A DNA stretch of 61,166 nt, filler included, from Globobulimina sp. (lineage: Eukaryota), in assembly GCA_003354225.1 (NCBI GenBank). It is 14 parts of 14 records of this genome, joined end to end, with 100 filler letters (N's around TTAATTAATTAA, not from the genome) between each part and the next. Parts side by side here need not be neighbours in the genome. Positions count along the whole stretch, not along the records: positions 56,897 to 61,166 come from PIVH01001399.1; 13 more parts are not named here. The stretch is one strand, 5' to 3'. This document shows positions 60,102 through 61,166 of the stretch, piece after piece (position 1 is the stretch's first letter; each line of letters begins with the position of its first letter). A program made the position numbers and the translations under genes. The notes below the pieces were generated by a model. That model was given only the letters and a program-made list of their open reading frames with translations. It was not told where the DNA came from and made no database searches.

Positions 60102-61111
60102 TCATAAAGACAAACAAAAGTCTAAAAATTGAGTCACCTCTGTTTGATATTGCTGTGGATGCTTTTTATAATGTTGAACATGTTGACTATTTTCAAAAAT
60201 ATAATATTTATTTATTTTCTGTATAAACTCTGAGTCATATTTTTTAATATCAACAGATAACAATATACTGTCTTCTTTCTGCTCCTCTTGACTCACATTC
60301 TCTTCTCTAGCCACAAATTCTTCGATTTTATTAATTCGATCAGTTATAAATGGCATGGAACTCTTCATCGGATTAATTTTATCATCGTCACTTCCTAAGA
60401 CTAACATCGGTACAGTTAATATCTTAACATCGCCACTTCCCAATAATTTCCTACCATGACAACAAAAATAATCCATTGAACAGGTTAAAAGTACATAGCT
60501 CAAACAAAACAGCACCACCACGGGCACAAAAATAATAAAAACAAGGAAAACTATAATTTTACAACAGATATTATTGCATAATAATGATATTTGAATTTTT
60601 AATAATTGCCACATTACTAAAACTGCGGCAAATACAGATAATGCGCCTAAATGTACGGAATCATAAATTATGGCATCATAATACAAATGTTTTTCATTTT
60701 TAATGATTGCGTCGTTGAGAGCACAGTGTGCCATGGTTCCACCAGTGCTGAATGTGTGTATTATTACATACGATGTTGAACCAAATGAATTACGATGATC
60801 TTCAATTGCATTTAATATTTTATTTGCCCATTTTTCCAGCATACAGCCGTTGAGATATATCATATGAATGGGGGCTATGTATTGTTTAATGACTATATTT
60901 ACGGACAAATCATCGTTTTTGTTGGCAATATGATCTTCATAATTGTTATAAACTTGATTATATTTTGACAAATGCCGTGGGTTTGCACCTTTTGTTAGTA
61001 ATTAAATAATTGATAAATACAATCAAATACAATTGAATTAATACCTCCCCAGCCCAGAAATATTACCAATACATTTCTTGTATTCTCCAGTTGTTCTGAA
61101 TCGTTCATCAT
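60102..61111 (-). CDS. TMEM53/DUF829-like alpha/beta hydrolase
   Basis: VIFLGWG / intron 60989..61044 / GANPRHLSKY; HTFSTGG; IIYDS; FENSQHVQHYKKHPQQY. Confidence 0.8.
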
Positions 61112-61166
61112 TAAAAACCTGTGCTGACATTATTATATAGTGACATGTTTTTTGAAGGGGCCGGAG

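Noticed and set aside
4386-61166. Split ORFs read as pseudogenes or a ciliate-type genetic code
   Set aside because: Nearly all breaks are resolved by phase-consistent short GT-AG introns, and long ORFs end at TAA/TAG/TGA normally.
1-61166. CRISPR arrays, rRNA, tRNA, transposases or reverse transcriptases
   Set aside because: None recognised on either strand by eye.

Overview
This window is not one locus. It is 14 unrelated contigs of about 4.27-4.29 kb, sorted by decreasing length and joined by artificial 100-nt spacers (N-TTAATTAATTAA-N). Contig 1 (1-4285) is an AT-rich bacteriophage accessory region: small, co-oriented, overlapping ORFs with Shine-Dalgarno motifs. Contigs 2-14 come from a gene-dense, AT-rich microbial eukaryote with short GT-AG introns (mostly 49-70 nt), the standard genetic code and very short intergenic spacers; a foraminiferan/rhizarian source is my inference. 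Recognisable genes are GNA1, an atypical TKH-motif MAPK, PUM3/Puf6, HCCS, a SET protein, a PGAP4-like and a fucosyltransferase-like glycosyltransferase, SmB, Fpg, kinesin, a 7TM-RGS protein, a DHCR24-like protein, an AIG1-like GTPase and a TMEM53-like hydrolase. Many adjacent ORFs in the track are exons of one gene; I joined them by checking splice phases by hand. The strongest novelty candidates are: (i) a probably secreted protein with two degenerate SET-like domains and a C-terminal NLS, a possible nuclear effector; (ii) a CCCH-vWA-E2(UBC)-SPRY-F-box-X-RRM-RRM fusion; (iii) a secreted polycationic WSC-SUEL-PAN lectin; (iv) an R-S-E ADP-ribosyltransferase protein; (v) a VHL-beta plus lethal-factor-like zincin. 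All domain calls come from motif recognition by eye; no database searches were run.
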